64,000 nt of DNA, from positions 180 to 64,179 of the forward strand of contig CALWYB010000006.1 in the NCBI GenBank assembly GCA_944385665.1, written 5' to 3'. The notes beneath the pieces are model-generated. The model did no database searches, was not told the DNA's origin, and was given only the letters and a program-made list of their open reading frames with translations. Origin of the DNA: an uncultured Oscillospiraceae bacterium (GTDB taxonomy: Bacteria > Bacillota > Clostridia > Oscillospirales > Oscillospiraceae). How positions within the stretch are numbered: position 1 is the stretch's first letter; every line of letters starts with the position of its first letter. Positions 1 through 8,727 of the stretch are shown here, in pieces. The translations under genes were made by a program, and so were the position numbers.

Positions 1-448
1 CGGCCATGGCGCCGGCGTGACGATGCACAGGGCCGGTACCGTGGGTCTCCTTCAGGCGGTGAGCACCGTGACGCTTAATAACGCCCTGGTAGCCGTGGCC
101 CTTGCTGATGCCGGTGACGTCCACGCGGTCGCCCGCGGCGAACACGTCAGCCTTCAGCTCGTCGCCTACCTCGTACTTGGAGCAGTCGTCCAGACGGAAC
201 TCCTTGAGGACCTTCTTCAGCTCCTCCAGACCGGCCTTCTTCTGATGGCCGATCTCAGGCTTGGTCAGCTTGCGCTCGGGAACGGTCTGATAACCCAGCT
301 GAATGGCCTCATAGCCATCCTTCTCGGCGGTCTTCTTCTGCACCACGGTGCAGGGGCCGGCCTCGATCACGGTCACGGGGACCACGTGGCCAGCTTCATC
401 GAAGATCTGGGTCATGCCGATCTTTTTGCCGATGATCGCTTTCTCCAT
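1..448 (-). CDS. rplC: 50S ribosomal protein L3 (partial; C-terminus lies left of the window)
   Basis: Reverse translation from ATG at 448-446 gives [53 protein letters not shown]...[16 protein letters not shown], the conserved L3 sequence. GGAGGA RBS lies just upstream. It follows rpsJ as in S10 operons. It is absent from the ORF track because no stop falls in the window. Confidence 0.93.
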   Translation of the reverse strand, partial: MEKAIIGKKIGMTQIFDEAGHVVPVTVIEAGPCTVVQKKTAEKDGYEAIQLGYQTVPERKLTKPEIGHQKKAGLEELKKVLKEFRLDDCSKYEVGDELKADVFAAGDRVDVTGISKGHGYQGVIKRHGAHRLKETHGTGPVHRHAGAMA

Positions 449-593
449 GTTGGATTTTCCTCCTATAAAGGTTATTGGTTGGGCGAGTTACCCATTGGAC
501 TGGTATTGCTCGGCCAACTTGACCCGTCCGTCTCAATATGCGACGGACTGCGGGTACACAAGGTAATTGTTCGAAATCGTCTTGTGCTCTAAA

Positions 594-908
594 TTAGAGC
601 TTGATTTCGATCTCCACACCAGCGGGAAGCTCCAGGCTCATCAGGGCCTCCACAGTCTTGCTGCTGGGCTTGATGACGTCGATGAGGCGCTTGTGGGTGC
701 GGCGCTCAAACTGCTCACGGCTGTCCTTGTACTTGTGGACGGCGCGCAGGATGGTGACGACTTCCTTCTTGGTGGGCAGGGGGATGGGGCCGGAGACGGT
801 AGCGCCGGTGCGCTTGGCGGTCTCCACGATCTTCTCCGCGCTCTGGTCGATGAGCTGGTGATCGTAAGCCTTCAGACGGATGCGGATCATTTCTTTCTGA
901 GCTGCCAT
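594..908 (-). CDS. rpsJ: 30S ribosomal protein S10
   Basis: ORF 594-998 trimmed to the ATG at 908-906. Product is [68 protein letters not shown]..., 104 aa, full-length S10. AGGAGG RBS is upstream. Confidence 0.95.
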   Translation of the reverse strand: MAAQKEMIRIRLKAYDHQLIDQSAEKIVETAKRTGATVSGPIPLPTKKEVVTILRAVHKYKDSREQFERRTHKRLIDVIKPSSKTVEALMSLELPAGVEIEIKL

Positions 909-1177
909 GGGTTGTTTCCTCCTTAATACATACGAAGTGAATTCCTTGTCCCTCGCTTCGTACGGTGAAGTTCCTGTCCACGTTCTCGTGCGTATCACTC
1001 CGTGGCATGAAAGAAACCGGCGTGCAAGCAGGCCGGTTCCACCCAGCTACAGCGATATACGCTGTGCCCAGGTCCTTCAGCCGCCCGATTCTAGCTCGGA
1101 CATACTCCGTGGAAGTTACCTCATTGCTGAGCAATCTCCCACATCATCGCAGTTGCCCCCTTAACAGGGACTCCAGT

Positions 1178-1207
1178 ATGATACATCAACACCCCCGTGT
1201 GTGTCAA
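1178..1207 (-). promoter_or_regulatory. Candidate sigma-A promoter of the S10 operon
   Basis: On the minus strand: TTGACA (1207-1202), 18-nt spacer, TG-extended TATCAT (1183-1178). It is preceded by an A/T-rich UP-like tract. This leaves a leader of about 260 nt before rpsJ. Confidence 0.5.
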
Positions 1208-1285
1208 GGTGTTTTTAAAAAAATTTTGCCCGTTTTTATGGGGTTTCATGTATTTGCTTTGGTGATGTTTGATAGGGGCGGGGAT

Positions 1286-2028
1286 GTGCCTTTCTGAACG
1301 ATCAGAAAGTCACCAATGGCCCAGGCCACCCTCTCTTGCCCCGTTGGGGCAATTCACCTTGAGAATCGCCGGGGGCTGGCTTCCGGTGAGCGCCTTCGCG
1401 GAGCGGGCGCTCACAGTCATCCTGCCCCCGGACCCCCATTTACGGGGGACGCCTTCCTGAGAACCGGGCACTTTCGTCCGGCGGGCAAAATCTGAGTGGC
1501 ACCCCTTTCTTGCCGCCGGGCCACTGGGCCCTGTCTGGTCCGAAATTCAGAAGATTTTGCGCTGAAATCACACCGCCTACCCAGGCAGATCCAGGGCAGC
1601 CGGGAAATTGTCGCGGGCGGATGAGACATCCGCCCCTACAGAGGGGGCTCGTTGCTTCTATGTGGCCTCGGCGGTAATCGTCGGGCCGATGAGGACATCG
1701 GCCCCTACGCATAGTATCAACGCGTCCTTTTCGTAGGGGCCGCTGTCCCCAGCGGCCCACAAGACAGGGAGGTCCGCTGCTGTGTATAGGGCGACTTTCA
1801 GCCGCCCCCAACGGGAAGGCAGGCACCAGGGCGAAACCTACATATAAAAGGTGGGAGCGACGAATGCAGTCACTCCCACCAAATACGTCTCGTAACGGGC
1901 GCAGAGGCGAAACGAAGTTTCGCAGAAAGTTCTTTGCCAAGCTTTCTTTCAAGAAAGCGGCGGGCGCAGAAGCGAAGCGGAGCTTCGCAGAAAGCTTTTT
2001 TGCCTACTTTTTTCTCGAAAAAAGTAGG
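1286..2028. repeat. Mosaic hairpin-rich intergenic repeat cluster, locus A (partial R1 copy + three GC hairpins + R2 copy with a partial tandem duplication)
   Basis: Shares modules with 22424-23000 and 26242-26908. Examples: CCCCCATTTACGGGGG at 1433-1448; CGTCCGGCGGGCAAAATCTGAGTGGC at 1475-1500, identical to 26464-26489; 1922-1960 identical to the reverse complement of 26242-26280. ORFs here have no coding character. Confidence 0.8.
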
Positions 2029-3147
2029 TCAAGAAAGCTTGAGGTCACCCTCTTTGATCCAGCCGATCTTGCGGAAGAAGAGGCCGAAGGCCAAGCACAG
2101 GACGGCGGGCAGGACAAAGGAGATGAGAATGAGCCCCGCCCAGTCGAAGGCCGTGGGCGTGATGGCCGTTGCCCCATTCTCCACGGCCTTCTCCACCGGA
2201 GCCAGCCAGCCGGTCCATACCCCCAGCTGTCCGCACAGGCCGCAGGTGCCCATGCCCGAGTTGATGGGCGCGCCATTCATCTCCAGCTTGAAGAAGCAGG
2301 TGGCAATAGGCCCGGTGATGGCGGAGGTGAGGATGGCAGGCAGCCAGATCTTCGGATTCTTCACAATGTTGGGCATCTGGAGCATAGAGGTGCCGATGCC
2401 CTGGCTGACCAGTCCGCCCCAGCCGTTCTCTTTAAAGGAGAGCACCGCAAAGCCCACCATGTTGGCGCAGCAGCCCGCCACGGCGGCGCCGCCCGCCAGG
2501 CCCACCAGATTCAATGCAGAGCAGATGGCCGCCGAGGAGATGGGCAGGGTGAGGGCGATGCCCACCAGGACAGACACCAGAATGCCCATCCAGAAGGGCT
2601 GGAGCTTGGTGGTCTGTACGATCAGCTGTCCAAAGGCATTGGCCGCGGCGCCGATGGGGGGCGCAATGAGCCAGGCCACTCCGATGCCAATCAAAATCGT
2701 AACAATAGGGGTGACCAGAATGTCGATCTTGGTCTCCTTGCTCACCGCCTTGCCGAACTCAGCGGCAATGATGGCCACAAACAGGACGGCCAGCGGCCCT
2801 CCCGCTCCCCCCAGTGCGTTGGCGGAAAACCCTACTGTCACCAAGGAAAACAGCACCATGGGCGGCGCCTGCAAGGCGTAGCCGATGGCCACCGCCATGG
2901 CCGGTCCGCTCATAGCCGAGGCCAGCCCGCCCACCGTATAAGTAATCTCCTGCTCCCCCTTGCCTATCGTGGCCACCACCTGGTTGAGGAACTCCACCCC
3001 GAACTGGGTGCCGATGGTGTTGAGGATGGTGCCAATGAGCAGGGAACAAAACAGGCCCTGGGCCATGGCCCCCAGGGCGTCGATGCCGTAACGCTTGGCG
3101 GAGATGACAATGTTCTTCCGCTTCATGAATTCTCGTACGCGTCCCAT
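2029..3147 (-). CDS. PTS EIIC-like membrane protein (PfoR / PTS_EIIC_2-type); no EIIA/EIIB partner nearby
   Basis: ORF 2029-3180 trimmed to the ATG at 3147 with a GGGAGAG RBS. Polytopic, Gly/Ala-rich membrane protein (MGRVREFMKRKNIVISAKRYGIDALGAMAQGLFCSLLIGTILNTIG...) that I recognise as the PfoR-like EIIC family. Family assignment is from memory, not from a search. Confidence 0.72.
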   Translation of the reverse strand: MGRVREFMKRKNIVISAKRYGIDALGAMAQGLFCSLLIGTILNTIGTQFGVEFLNQVVATIGKGEQEITYTVGGLASAMSGPAMAVAIGYALQAPPMVLFSLVTVGFSANALGGAGGPLAVLFVAIIAAEFGKAVSKETKIDILVTPIVTILIGIGVAWLIAPPIGAAANAFGQLIVQTTKLQPFWMGILVSVLVGIALTLPISSAAICSALNLVGLAGGAAVAGCCANMVGFAVLSFKENGWGGLVSQGIGTSMLQMPNIVKNPKIWLPAILTSAITGPIATCFFKLEMNGAPINSGMGTCGLCGQLGVWTGWLAPVEKAVENGATAITPTAFDWAGLILISFVLPAVLCLAFGLFFRKIGWIKEGDLKLS

Positions 3148-3168
3148 AACATTCTCTCCCAAACAAAA

Positions 3169-3204
3169 TGTGGTATACACGTGTCAAGACACGTGTATAC
3201 CACA
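3169..3204. promoter_or_regulatory. Perfect 17+17 bp palindrome, candidate NiaR operator in front of the EIIC-like gene
   Basis: TGTGGTATACACGTGTC-AA-GACACGTGTATACCACA. The arms are exact reverse complements. It lies 22 nt upstream of the EIIC-like start codon and 24 nt downstream of the niaR stop. Confidence 0.6.
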
Positions 3205-3227
3205 TTGTACCGGATATTTCCCATTTG

Positions 3228-3758
3228 TCAACCCTGAGTTTGCTCCTCGCTGCGGTAGAGGATGCCCTCCTGCTCCAGACCGGCCAGCACCCGGCGGTAG
3301 CTGTCCTCGTCGGGGCAGCGCAGGGTGTGGAGATGGACGCCCCCGGTGAGGTCGGACAGAGGCCGGGCGTTACTCTGGTTCACCAGGCGGATAAACTCCT
3401 GCACATCATACCGGGAGGTCAGGCGGAGCTGGCCGGTGAGCTGACCGTACACCGGGTGCTCCACCACCACGTCCAGCACCTGACAGCCCTGGTCCACCAT
3501 GATCTCCAGCTCCCGGGCCATGGCCTCCCCCGGATGGACGCAGGCCACGGTGCGCACCAGCCCCGCCCCCTCCTTGGGCAGTACGTAACCCCGGGGGGTG
3601 GCGGCGATGTCCAGCCCTCCTGCCCGCAGGAGAGCCACGTCCCCCACGATGATCTGCCGGCTGACCGAAAATTCCTTGGCCAGAGAGGCGGCACTCACCG
3701 GGGCTTTGGCCTCCTCCAGGATTCGGGTGATGGTTTTTCTTCTGTGTACGGCGTCCAT
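3228..3758 (-). CDS. niaR: Transcriptional repressor NiaR (YrxA family; HTH + 3H domain)
   Basis: ORF 3228-3905 trimmed to the ATG at 3758 with a GGAGGG RBS. MDAVHRRKTITRILEEAKAPVSAASLAKEFSVSRQIIVGDVALLRAGGLDI... is followed by His-containing 3H-domain blocks (VHPGE, VVVEHPVYG, GVHLHTL). Confidence 0.85.
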   Translation of the reverse strand: MDAVHRRKTITRILEEAKAPVSAASLAKEFSVSRQIIVGDVALLRAGGLDIAATPRGYVLPKEGAGLVRTVACVHPGEAMARELEIMVDQGCQVLDVVVEHPVYGQLTGQLRLTSRYDVQEFIRLVNQSNARPLSDLTGGVHLHTLRCPDEDSYRRVLAGLEQEGILYRSEEQTQG

Positions 3759-3782
3759 GGCCGTCCCTCCTGTCTTTCTGGT

Positions 3783-3805
3783 TGTCATGACAGGAGTGTA
3801 CCACA
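3783..3805. promoter_or_regulatory. Degenerate half-copy of the 3169-3204 palindrome upstream of niaR
   Basis: Minus strand reads TGTGGTACACTCCTGTCATGACA, compared with TGTGGTATACACGTGTCAAGACA in the perfect site. It lies 25 nt upstream of the niaR ATG. Confidence 0.35.
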
Positions 3806-3825
3806 TCCCACCGGTTCCGGCAAGG

Positions 3826-3854
3826 TTGACTTTCCCTCTTTCTTCCTTTAAAGT
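3826..3854 (+). promoter_or_regulatory. Candidate sigma-A promoter for the lipoprotein gene
   Basis: TTGACT (3826-3831), 17-nt spacer, TAAAGT (3849-3854). Divergent from niaR. Confidence 0.4.
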
Positions 3855-3922
3855 TAACGTATCCAAGCCGGAACCGGCAGTCCACCGGGGCCGCCTCAAA
3901 TCCACCCGAAAGGAGAGGATCT

Positions 3923-4615
3923 ATGAAAGCACGTTCCATTCTTTCCTGGGTGCTGGCCTGCGGGCTGGCTGTGACCCTCACCGTCTGCGGCGGGCTGTCC
4001 GAGGGGGAGGTATCCGCCTATGTCCAGGGGGAGCTGGACTGCACCTACAAGGGCCAGTACAGCCAGGAATATCTGGATCTGGTGGAGGGCATGACCGAGT
4101 CGTATGCCCAGCAGCAGTATGAGGACAATGCCCAGACGGAGGCCCAGCGGCTGCTGAGCTATCTGGACGTCCACTCCCCCACCGACCAGGTCAATGAGCG
4201 GGCCGTCCAGCTGGTCAAGGACATCTATACCAGTGCCCGGTACACCGCGGGGGAAGGAACTAAGCTCCAGAGCGGGGACTTCGCCGTGGAGGTCACCCTC
4301 TCCCCCATCGAGCTGTTCCACCTGATCCCAGAGGAAACCTACCGCCAGGTGTGGACGGAGATCTGCCAGGAACATGGCACCACCCCCGACCTGGCCATCG
4401 CCTCCCTGAGCGACGCGGAATATCAGGCGCTGGACGAGGAGTACGCCAACCAGATGCTGGATGGGGTGGAGGCGGTACTGCCTCAGCTCACCTACGGCCA
4501 GGAGCAGTCGGTGACGCTCCGGCTCCAGCGGGAGGGGGAGTCCTACATCCTGGCGTCCGACGACTGGACCGCATTGGACGACATGATCATCGACTACACC
4601 GGAAGCTATCGGTAA
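3923..4615 (+). CDS. Hypothetical lipoprotein
   Basis: 230-aa ORF with an AAAGGAGAGG RBS. N-terminal signal with lipobox (MKARSILSWVLACGLAVTLTVC-GG). Coding-like acidic composition. No family recognised. Confidence 0.7.
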   Translation: MKARSILSWVLACGLAVTLTVCGGLSEGEVSAYVQGELDCTYKGQYSQEYLDLVEGMTESYAQQQYEDNAQTEAQRLLSYLDVHSPTDQVNERAVQLVKDIYTSARYTAGEGTKLQSGDFAVEVTLSPIELFHLIPEETYRQVWTEICQEHGTTPDLAIASLSDAEYQALDEEYANQMLDGVEAVLPQLTYGQEQSVTLRLQREGESYILASDDWTALDDMIIDYTGSYR

Positions 4616-4650
4616 TCACTTCGTTTTCCTGCTGTTTCTCCCATTCCGCC

Positions 4651-4679
4651 TTGACTTTTCCAGCCGAAATTTATACAAT
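4651..4679 (+). promoter_or_regulatory. Candidate sigma-A promoter of proS
   Basis: TTGACT (4651-4656), 17-nt spacer, TACAAT (4674-4679), about 50 nt upstream of the proS ATG. Confidence 0.55.
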
Positions 4680-4731
4680 AAACGGTACGAGTTTTCCAAG
4701 CCCGATCTTATAAAAAAGGACTGATTTTGAT

Positions 4732-6174
4732 ATGGCCCAGAATAACAAGAAGCAAGTGGAGCAGATCACCGATATGGAGGTAGACTTCGGCCAGTGGTAC
4801 ACCGACGTGTGCAAGAAGGCGGAGCTCATCGACTACTCCTCCATCAAGGGTATGTTCATCTACCGCCCCTATGGCTACGCCATCTGGGAGAACATCCAGG
4901 CCGAGCTGGACAAGAAGTTCAAGGAGACCGGCCACGAGAACGTGTATCTGCCCATGCTCATCCCCGAGAGCCTCCTTCAGAAGGAGAAGGACCACGTGGA
5001 GGGCTTTGCCCCCGAGTGCGCCTGGGTGACCATGGGCGGCAGTGAGAAGCTGGAGGAGCGCTACTGCATCCGCCCCACCTCTGAGACCCTGTTCTGCGAG
5101 CACTACAAGAACATCATTCACTCCCACCGTGACCTGCCCAAGCTGTACAACCAGTGGTGCAGCGTGCTGCGCTGGGAGAAGACCAGCCGTCCCTTCCTGC
5201 GACACCGGGAATTCCTGTGGCAGGAGGGCCACACCATGCACGCCACCGAGGAGGAGGCCCGGGAGGAGACTCAGCGCATGCTGAACATCTACGCCGACTT
5301 CCTGGAAAACGTGCTGGCCATGCCGGTGGTCAAGGGCCGCAAGACCGACAAGGAGAAGTTTAACGGCGCCGAGGAGACCTACACCGTGGAGTGCATGATG
5401 CACGACAAGAAGGCCCTCCAGTCCGGCACCAGCCACTACTTCGGCGACGGCTTCGCCCGGGCCTTTGACATTACCTTTACCGGCAAGGACAACCAGCTCC
5501 ACTACCCCCACCAGACCTCCTGGGGCGTGTCCACCCGTATGATCGGCGGTATCATCATGACCCACGGCGACAACAACGGCCTGGTGCTGCCTCCCCGCAT
5601 CGCCCCCATCCAGGCCATGGTGATCCCCGTGGCTCAGCACAAGGAGGGCGTGCTGGAGGCCGCTACCGACCTGCTCAATCGTCTGAAGGCCGCCGGCATC
5701 CGGGCCGACATGGACGCCTCCGACCAGTCCATGGGCTGGAAGGCCGCCCAGTACGAGATGAAGGGCGTGCCCCTGCGGGTGGAGATCGGGCCCAAGGACA
5801 TGGAGAAGGGCCAGTGCTGCATCTGCCGCCGGGATTCCGGAGAGAAGGTCTTCGTGCCCCTCACCGAGCTGGAGGCCACCGTGCCCCAGCTGCTGGACGC
5901 GGTGCACAACGGCCTCTACGAGCGGGCCAAGAAGAACCTGGAGGAGCACACCAAGGTGTGCCTGACCGCCCAGGAGGTCAAGGACTTTATCCAGAACGAG
6001 GGCGGCTTCGCCAAGACCATGTGGTGCGGCGACGAGGCCTGCGAGCTGAAGATGAAGGAGATCGCCGGCGTGTCCTCCCGGTGCATGCCCTTCGCCCAGG
6101 AGAAGGTGTCCGACACCTGCGTGTGCTGCGGCAAGCCCGCCAAGCACATGATCCTGTGGGGCGTGGCGTATTGA
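4732..6174 (+). CDS. proS: Proline--tRNA ligase (archaeal/eukaryote-like short type)
   Basis: 480 aa. Class II aaRS motifs and a typical ProRS sequence ([37 protein letters not shown]..., [46 protein letters not shown]). Ends with the Zn-binding C-terminal domain, terminating in ...WGVAY. Confidence 0.95.
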   Translation: MAQNNKKQVEQITDMEVDFGQWYTDVCKKAELIDYSSIKGMFIYRPYGYAIWENIQAELDKKFKETGHENVYLPMLIPESLLQKEKDHVEGFAPECAWVTMGGSEKLEERYCIRPTSETLFCEHYKNIIHSHRDLPKLYNQWCSVLRWEKTSRPFLRHREFLWQEGHTMHATEEEAREETQRMLNIYADFLENVLAMPVVKGRKTDKEKFNGAEETYTVECMMHDKKALQSGTSHYFGDGFARAFDITFTGKDNQLHYPHQTSWGVSTRMIGGIIMTHGDNNGLVLPPRIAPIQAMVIPVAQHKEGVLEAATDLLNRLKAAGIRADMDASDQSMGWKAAQYEMKGVPLRVEIGPKDMEKGQCCICRRDSGEKVFVPLTELEATVPQLLDAVHNGLYERAKKNLEEHTKVCLTAQEVKDFIQNEGGFAKTMWCGDEACELKMKEIAGVSSRCMPFAQEKVSDTCVCCGKPAKHMILWGVAY

Positions 6175-6199
6175 TTTTGATATCATTTTGACTTGATTT

Positions 6200-6245
6200 G
6201 CCTCCGCCTTCGGCGTTTTGCCGGAGGCGGAGGCCTTTCTTTTCC
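6200..6245 (+). terminator. Intrinsic terminator after proS
   Basis: GCCTCCGCCTTCGG...CCGGAGGCGGAGGC stem followed by CTTTCTTTT. Confidence 0.75.
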
Positions 6246-6506
6246 TGCCTTTCCTACGGGACGGGGGAGAAAAATGTGAACATTCTGTGTACTTTTCACA
6301 AAGTTGAGCAAATTGCATAGATTGGGCTGGCTTTTCCAGATTTTTTACTGTATAATAAGCACACACTAAGGCCCCGCGTTCCGGTTTTCCCTCGGCACGC
6401 AGGGCTTCCTTGCGCCCTGTGAGACGCCGGGGCCGAGAGGAGGGCGAGGACGCGTCTGTTCCCTGGAGAGAGAATTGACCTACGTTAAGAAAGTGAGCGT
6501 GCCATT

Positions 6507-7913
6507 ATGCTTGATATGATCATCAATGAGATCAGCAACATCATGTACTCCTACCTTCTCATCATCCTTCTGCTGCTGGTGGGCCTGTACTTCACCTTCC
6601 GCACCAAATTTATCCAGTTCCGTATGTTTGCCGAGTCCATCCGGGTGGTGGGCGAGAAGCCGGACAAGGCCGGCTCCACCTCCTCCTTCCAGGCTCTCAT
6701 GGTGTCCACCGCCTCCCGGGTCGGTACGGGCAACATCATCGGCATCTCCACCGCCATCTGTCTGGGCGGCTTCGGCGCCGTGTTCTGGATGTGGATCATC
6801 GCTATCATCGGCGGCGCCTCCGCCTTTATCGAGTCCACCCTGGCCCAGATCTACAAGCGCCGCAACCCGGAGACCGGTGAGAGCTACGGCGGCCCCTCCT
6901 ACTACATTGAGGCCGCCCTCCACTCCCGTCCCCTGGCCGTCATCTTCGCCGTGGCCCTGATCCTCACCTATGCCGGCGGCTTCAATATGCTGGCCTCCTA
7001 CAACCTCCAGTCCACCTTCAGCGGCTACTCCTTCTACAACGCCGAGAGCACCCCCTGGATCATCGGCGCCATTCTGGCGGTGCTGGTGGGCTTCTGCGTC
7101 ATGGGCGGCGGCAAGCGGATCATCCAGGTCACCTCCACTCTGGTCCCCTTCATGGGCGGCCTGTATGTGCTGGTGTCCCTGGTGGTGCTGGTGATGAACA
7201 TCGGCAACCTGCCCTATGTATTCGGCCGCATCTTCTCCGAGGCCTTTGACTTCCAGGCTATTTTCGCCAGCTTTGCCGGTTCCGCCATGATGTACGGCAT
7301 CAAGCGGGGCCTCTACTCCAACGAGGCCGGCGTGGGCTCCGCTCCCAATGCCGCCGCCTCCGCCAACGTGAGCCACCCGGTGAAGCAGGGCCTGGTGCAG
7401 ATGCTCTCCGTGTTCATCGACACCCTGCTCATCTGCTCCGCCACCGCCTTTATGCTGCTGTGCTCCGGCGTGGAGCCCGACAAGGCCCTGGAGGGCGCCC
7501 CCTATGTCCAGGCCGCCCTGTCCGCCGTCTTCGGTCCCATCGGCCCCATCTTCATCACCGTGGCCATGGTGCTCTTTGCCTTCACCACCCTCATCGGCAA
7601 CCTGTACTATGTGGACAACTGCCTGGCCTATATCGTGAAGAAGGTGCCCGCCAAGGAGTTTATGGTCCTCTTCCGCATCGACGCCATGGTCCTCATCTTC
7701 CTGGGCGCCGGCATGCAGATCAGCACCGTGTGGAACCTGGCCGACGTGCTCATGGGCGTGATGGCCATCATCAACCTGCCCGTCATTGTCATCCTGGCCC
7801 GTCCCGCTCTGGCAGCTTTGAAGGACTACACCGCCCAGAAGAAGATGGGCAAGAACCCGGTCTTCAAGGCCTCCAGCATCGGTCTGAAAGTCAAAACCGA
7901 CTATTGGAACTAA
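6507..7913 (+). CDS. Alanine/glycine:cation symporter (AGCS family)
   Basis: 468-aa polytopic protein with AGCS hallmark blocks (SSFQALMVSTASRVGTGNIIGISTAI, GGPSYYIE, GIKRGLYSNEAGVGSAPNAAA). Confidence 0.92.
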   Translation: MLDMIINEISNIMYSYLLIILLLLVGLYFTFRTKFIQFRMFAESIRVVGEKPDKAGSTSSFQALMVSTASRVGTGNIIGISTAICLGGFGAVFWMWIIAIIGGASAFIESTLAQIYKRRNPETGESYGGPSYYIEAALHSRPLAVIFAVALILTYAGGFNMLASYNLQSTFSGYSFYNAESTPWIIGAILAVLVGFCVMGGGKRIIQVTSTLVPFMGGLYVLVSLVVLVMNIGNLPYVFGRIFSEAFDFQAIFASFAGSAMMYGIKRGLYSNEAGVGSAPNAAASANVSHPVKQGLVQMLSVFIDTLLICSATAFMLLCSGVEPDKALEGAPYVQAALSAVFGPIGPIFITVAMVLFAFTTLIGNLYYVDNCLAYIVKKVPAKEFMVLFRIDAMVLIFLGAGMQISTVWNLADVLMGVMAIINLPVIVILARPALAALKDYTAQKKMGKNPVFKASSIGLKVKTDYWN

Positions 7914-7928
7914 ACAAACCCCATCCCA

Positions 7929-7961
7929 ACGCCGCGGAGCATTCCTCCGCGGCGCTTTTTC
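7929..7961 (+). terminator. Intrinsic terminator after the symporter gene
   Basis: CGCCGCGGAG-cattc-CTCCGCGGCG stem followed by CTTTTT. Confidence 0.75.
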
Positions 7962-7965
7962 TGCC

Positions 7966-7994
7966 TTGCGCCGAAAAACATCCCGGGGTATCAT
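7966..7994 (+). promoter_or_regulatory. Candidate promoter of the two-component operon
   Basis: TTGCGC (7966-7971), 17-nt spacer, TATCAT (7989-7994). Confidence 0.35.
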
Positions 7995-8056
7995 GGAGAG
8001 GACATCAGTCGGACACAAGTGGGGCGTATCCTGAACACAGAAAGGGGGAGGAGCCT

Positions 8057-8725
8057 GTGGACCGCATTTTGGTGGTGGAGGACGAGCGGAACATGCGGGA
8101 CATTATCCGGGACTATCTCACCGCCCACGGCCTGGAGTGTGACCTGGCCCGGGATGGCCAGGAGGCCCTGGAGCTGCTGCGGGACAACGACTACGACGCG
8201 GTGGCCCTGGACGTGCTCATGCCCCGGCTGGACGGCTTTGGGGTGTGCCGGGCGGTGCGGAGGCACAGCGCCGTGCCCATTTTGTTCCTCACCGCCCTTG
8301 GGGACGAGGAGGACGTGCTCCGGGGCTATGCCCTGGGTGCGGATGACTACGTGACAAAGCCCTTCTCCCTGGCGGTGCTGCTGGCCAAGCTCCAGGCCCT
8401 CATCCGCCGCAGCCGGGGGGAGCGGAAAGCAGGTGTGCTCTCCTGCGGGGGGATCTGTCTGGACACCGGCGCCCATCGGTGTACGGCGGCGGGGCAGGAG
8501 GTAAAGCTCTCTCCCCGGGAGTACGAGCTGCTGCTGTGCCTTCTGCGCAATCAGGGGCAGGTTCTCTCCCGCGCCCAGCTTCTGGACAAGGTGTGGGGGC
8601 TGGACTTTGAGGGGGATGACCGGGCGGTGGACGTGCGCATCCGCAGCCTCCGCGCCGCCCTTGGCAAGGCAGGCAAACAGATCAAGACGGTCTTCAAGGC
8701 GGGCTACCGATTGGAGGAGTGGTAA
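8057..8725 (+). CDS. OmpR-family response regulator
   Basis: GTG start at 8057 behind a GGGGGAGGAG RBS. Receiver domain (ILVVEDERNMRDII...DAVALDVLMPRLDG...DDYVTKPF) plus winged-helix output (LSPREYELLLCLLRNQGQVLSRAQLLDKVWG...GYRL). Confidence 0.9.
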   Translation: MDRILVVEDERNMRDIIRDYLTAHGLECDLARDGQEALELLRDNDYDAVALDVLMPRLDGFGVCRAVRRHSAVPILFLTALGDEEDVLRGYALGADDYVTKPFSLAVLLAKLQALIRRSRGERKAGVLSCGGICLDTGAHRCTAAGQEVKLSPREYELLLCLLRNQGQVLSRAQLLDKVWGLDFEGDDRAVDVRIRSLRAALGKAGKQIKTVFKAGYRLEEW

Positions 8726-8727
8726 GC

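Noticed and set aside
449-593. 145-nt rpsJ-rplC spacer with small hairpins (GCTCTAatTAGAGC, GTCCGTC...GACGGAC) as a regulatory element
   Set aside because: The hairpins are short with no U-tract, and the spacer lies inside a highly expressed ribosomal operon. The evidence is insufficient to call anything beyond ordinary intercistronic structure.
1286-2028. Possibility that the repeated intergenic sequences are a CRISPR array
   Set aside because: There are no regularly spaced identical direct repeats with unique spacers. The units are heterogeneous, palindromic, and occur in both orientations. There are no cas genes.
1269-3237. ORFs inside the first repeat cluster and overlapping the EIIC-like gene (1269-1460, 1440-1952, 1864-3237, 1934-2881)
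   Set aside because: They run through hairpin repeats that recur elsewhere in both orientations, or lie out of frame over a real membrane-protein gene. There are no RBS or coding-like features.
4616-4731. T-box leader upstream of proS
   Set aside because: There are only about 50 nt between the candidate promoter and the ATG. There is no T-box sequence (GGGTGGTACCGCG-like) and no terminator/antiterminator pair.
4708-6366. 552-aa minus-strand ORF opposite proS. The same applies to 6480-8018(-), 8704-11004(-), 10275-11789(+), 11814-13427(+), 28550-30187(+), 39579-42236(+), 43237-45756(+), 45786-47186(+), 53615-55261(+), 55316-57849(+) and 58824-60643(+).
   Set aside because: All of these lie antisense to genes with unmistakable homology-type sequence (proS, AGCS, HK, MATE, ABC, VWA, the GH genes, the polyamine genes). 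They show the Gly/Ala/Pro/His/Gln-rich composition typical of non-coding frames in GC-rich DNA.
6365-6506. Glycine riboswitch upstream of the alanine/glycine symporter
   Set aside because: The conserved aptamer blocks (CGCCGAAGGAGCAA, CTCAGGCAAAAGGAC) are not present. Only generic GC stems are seen.
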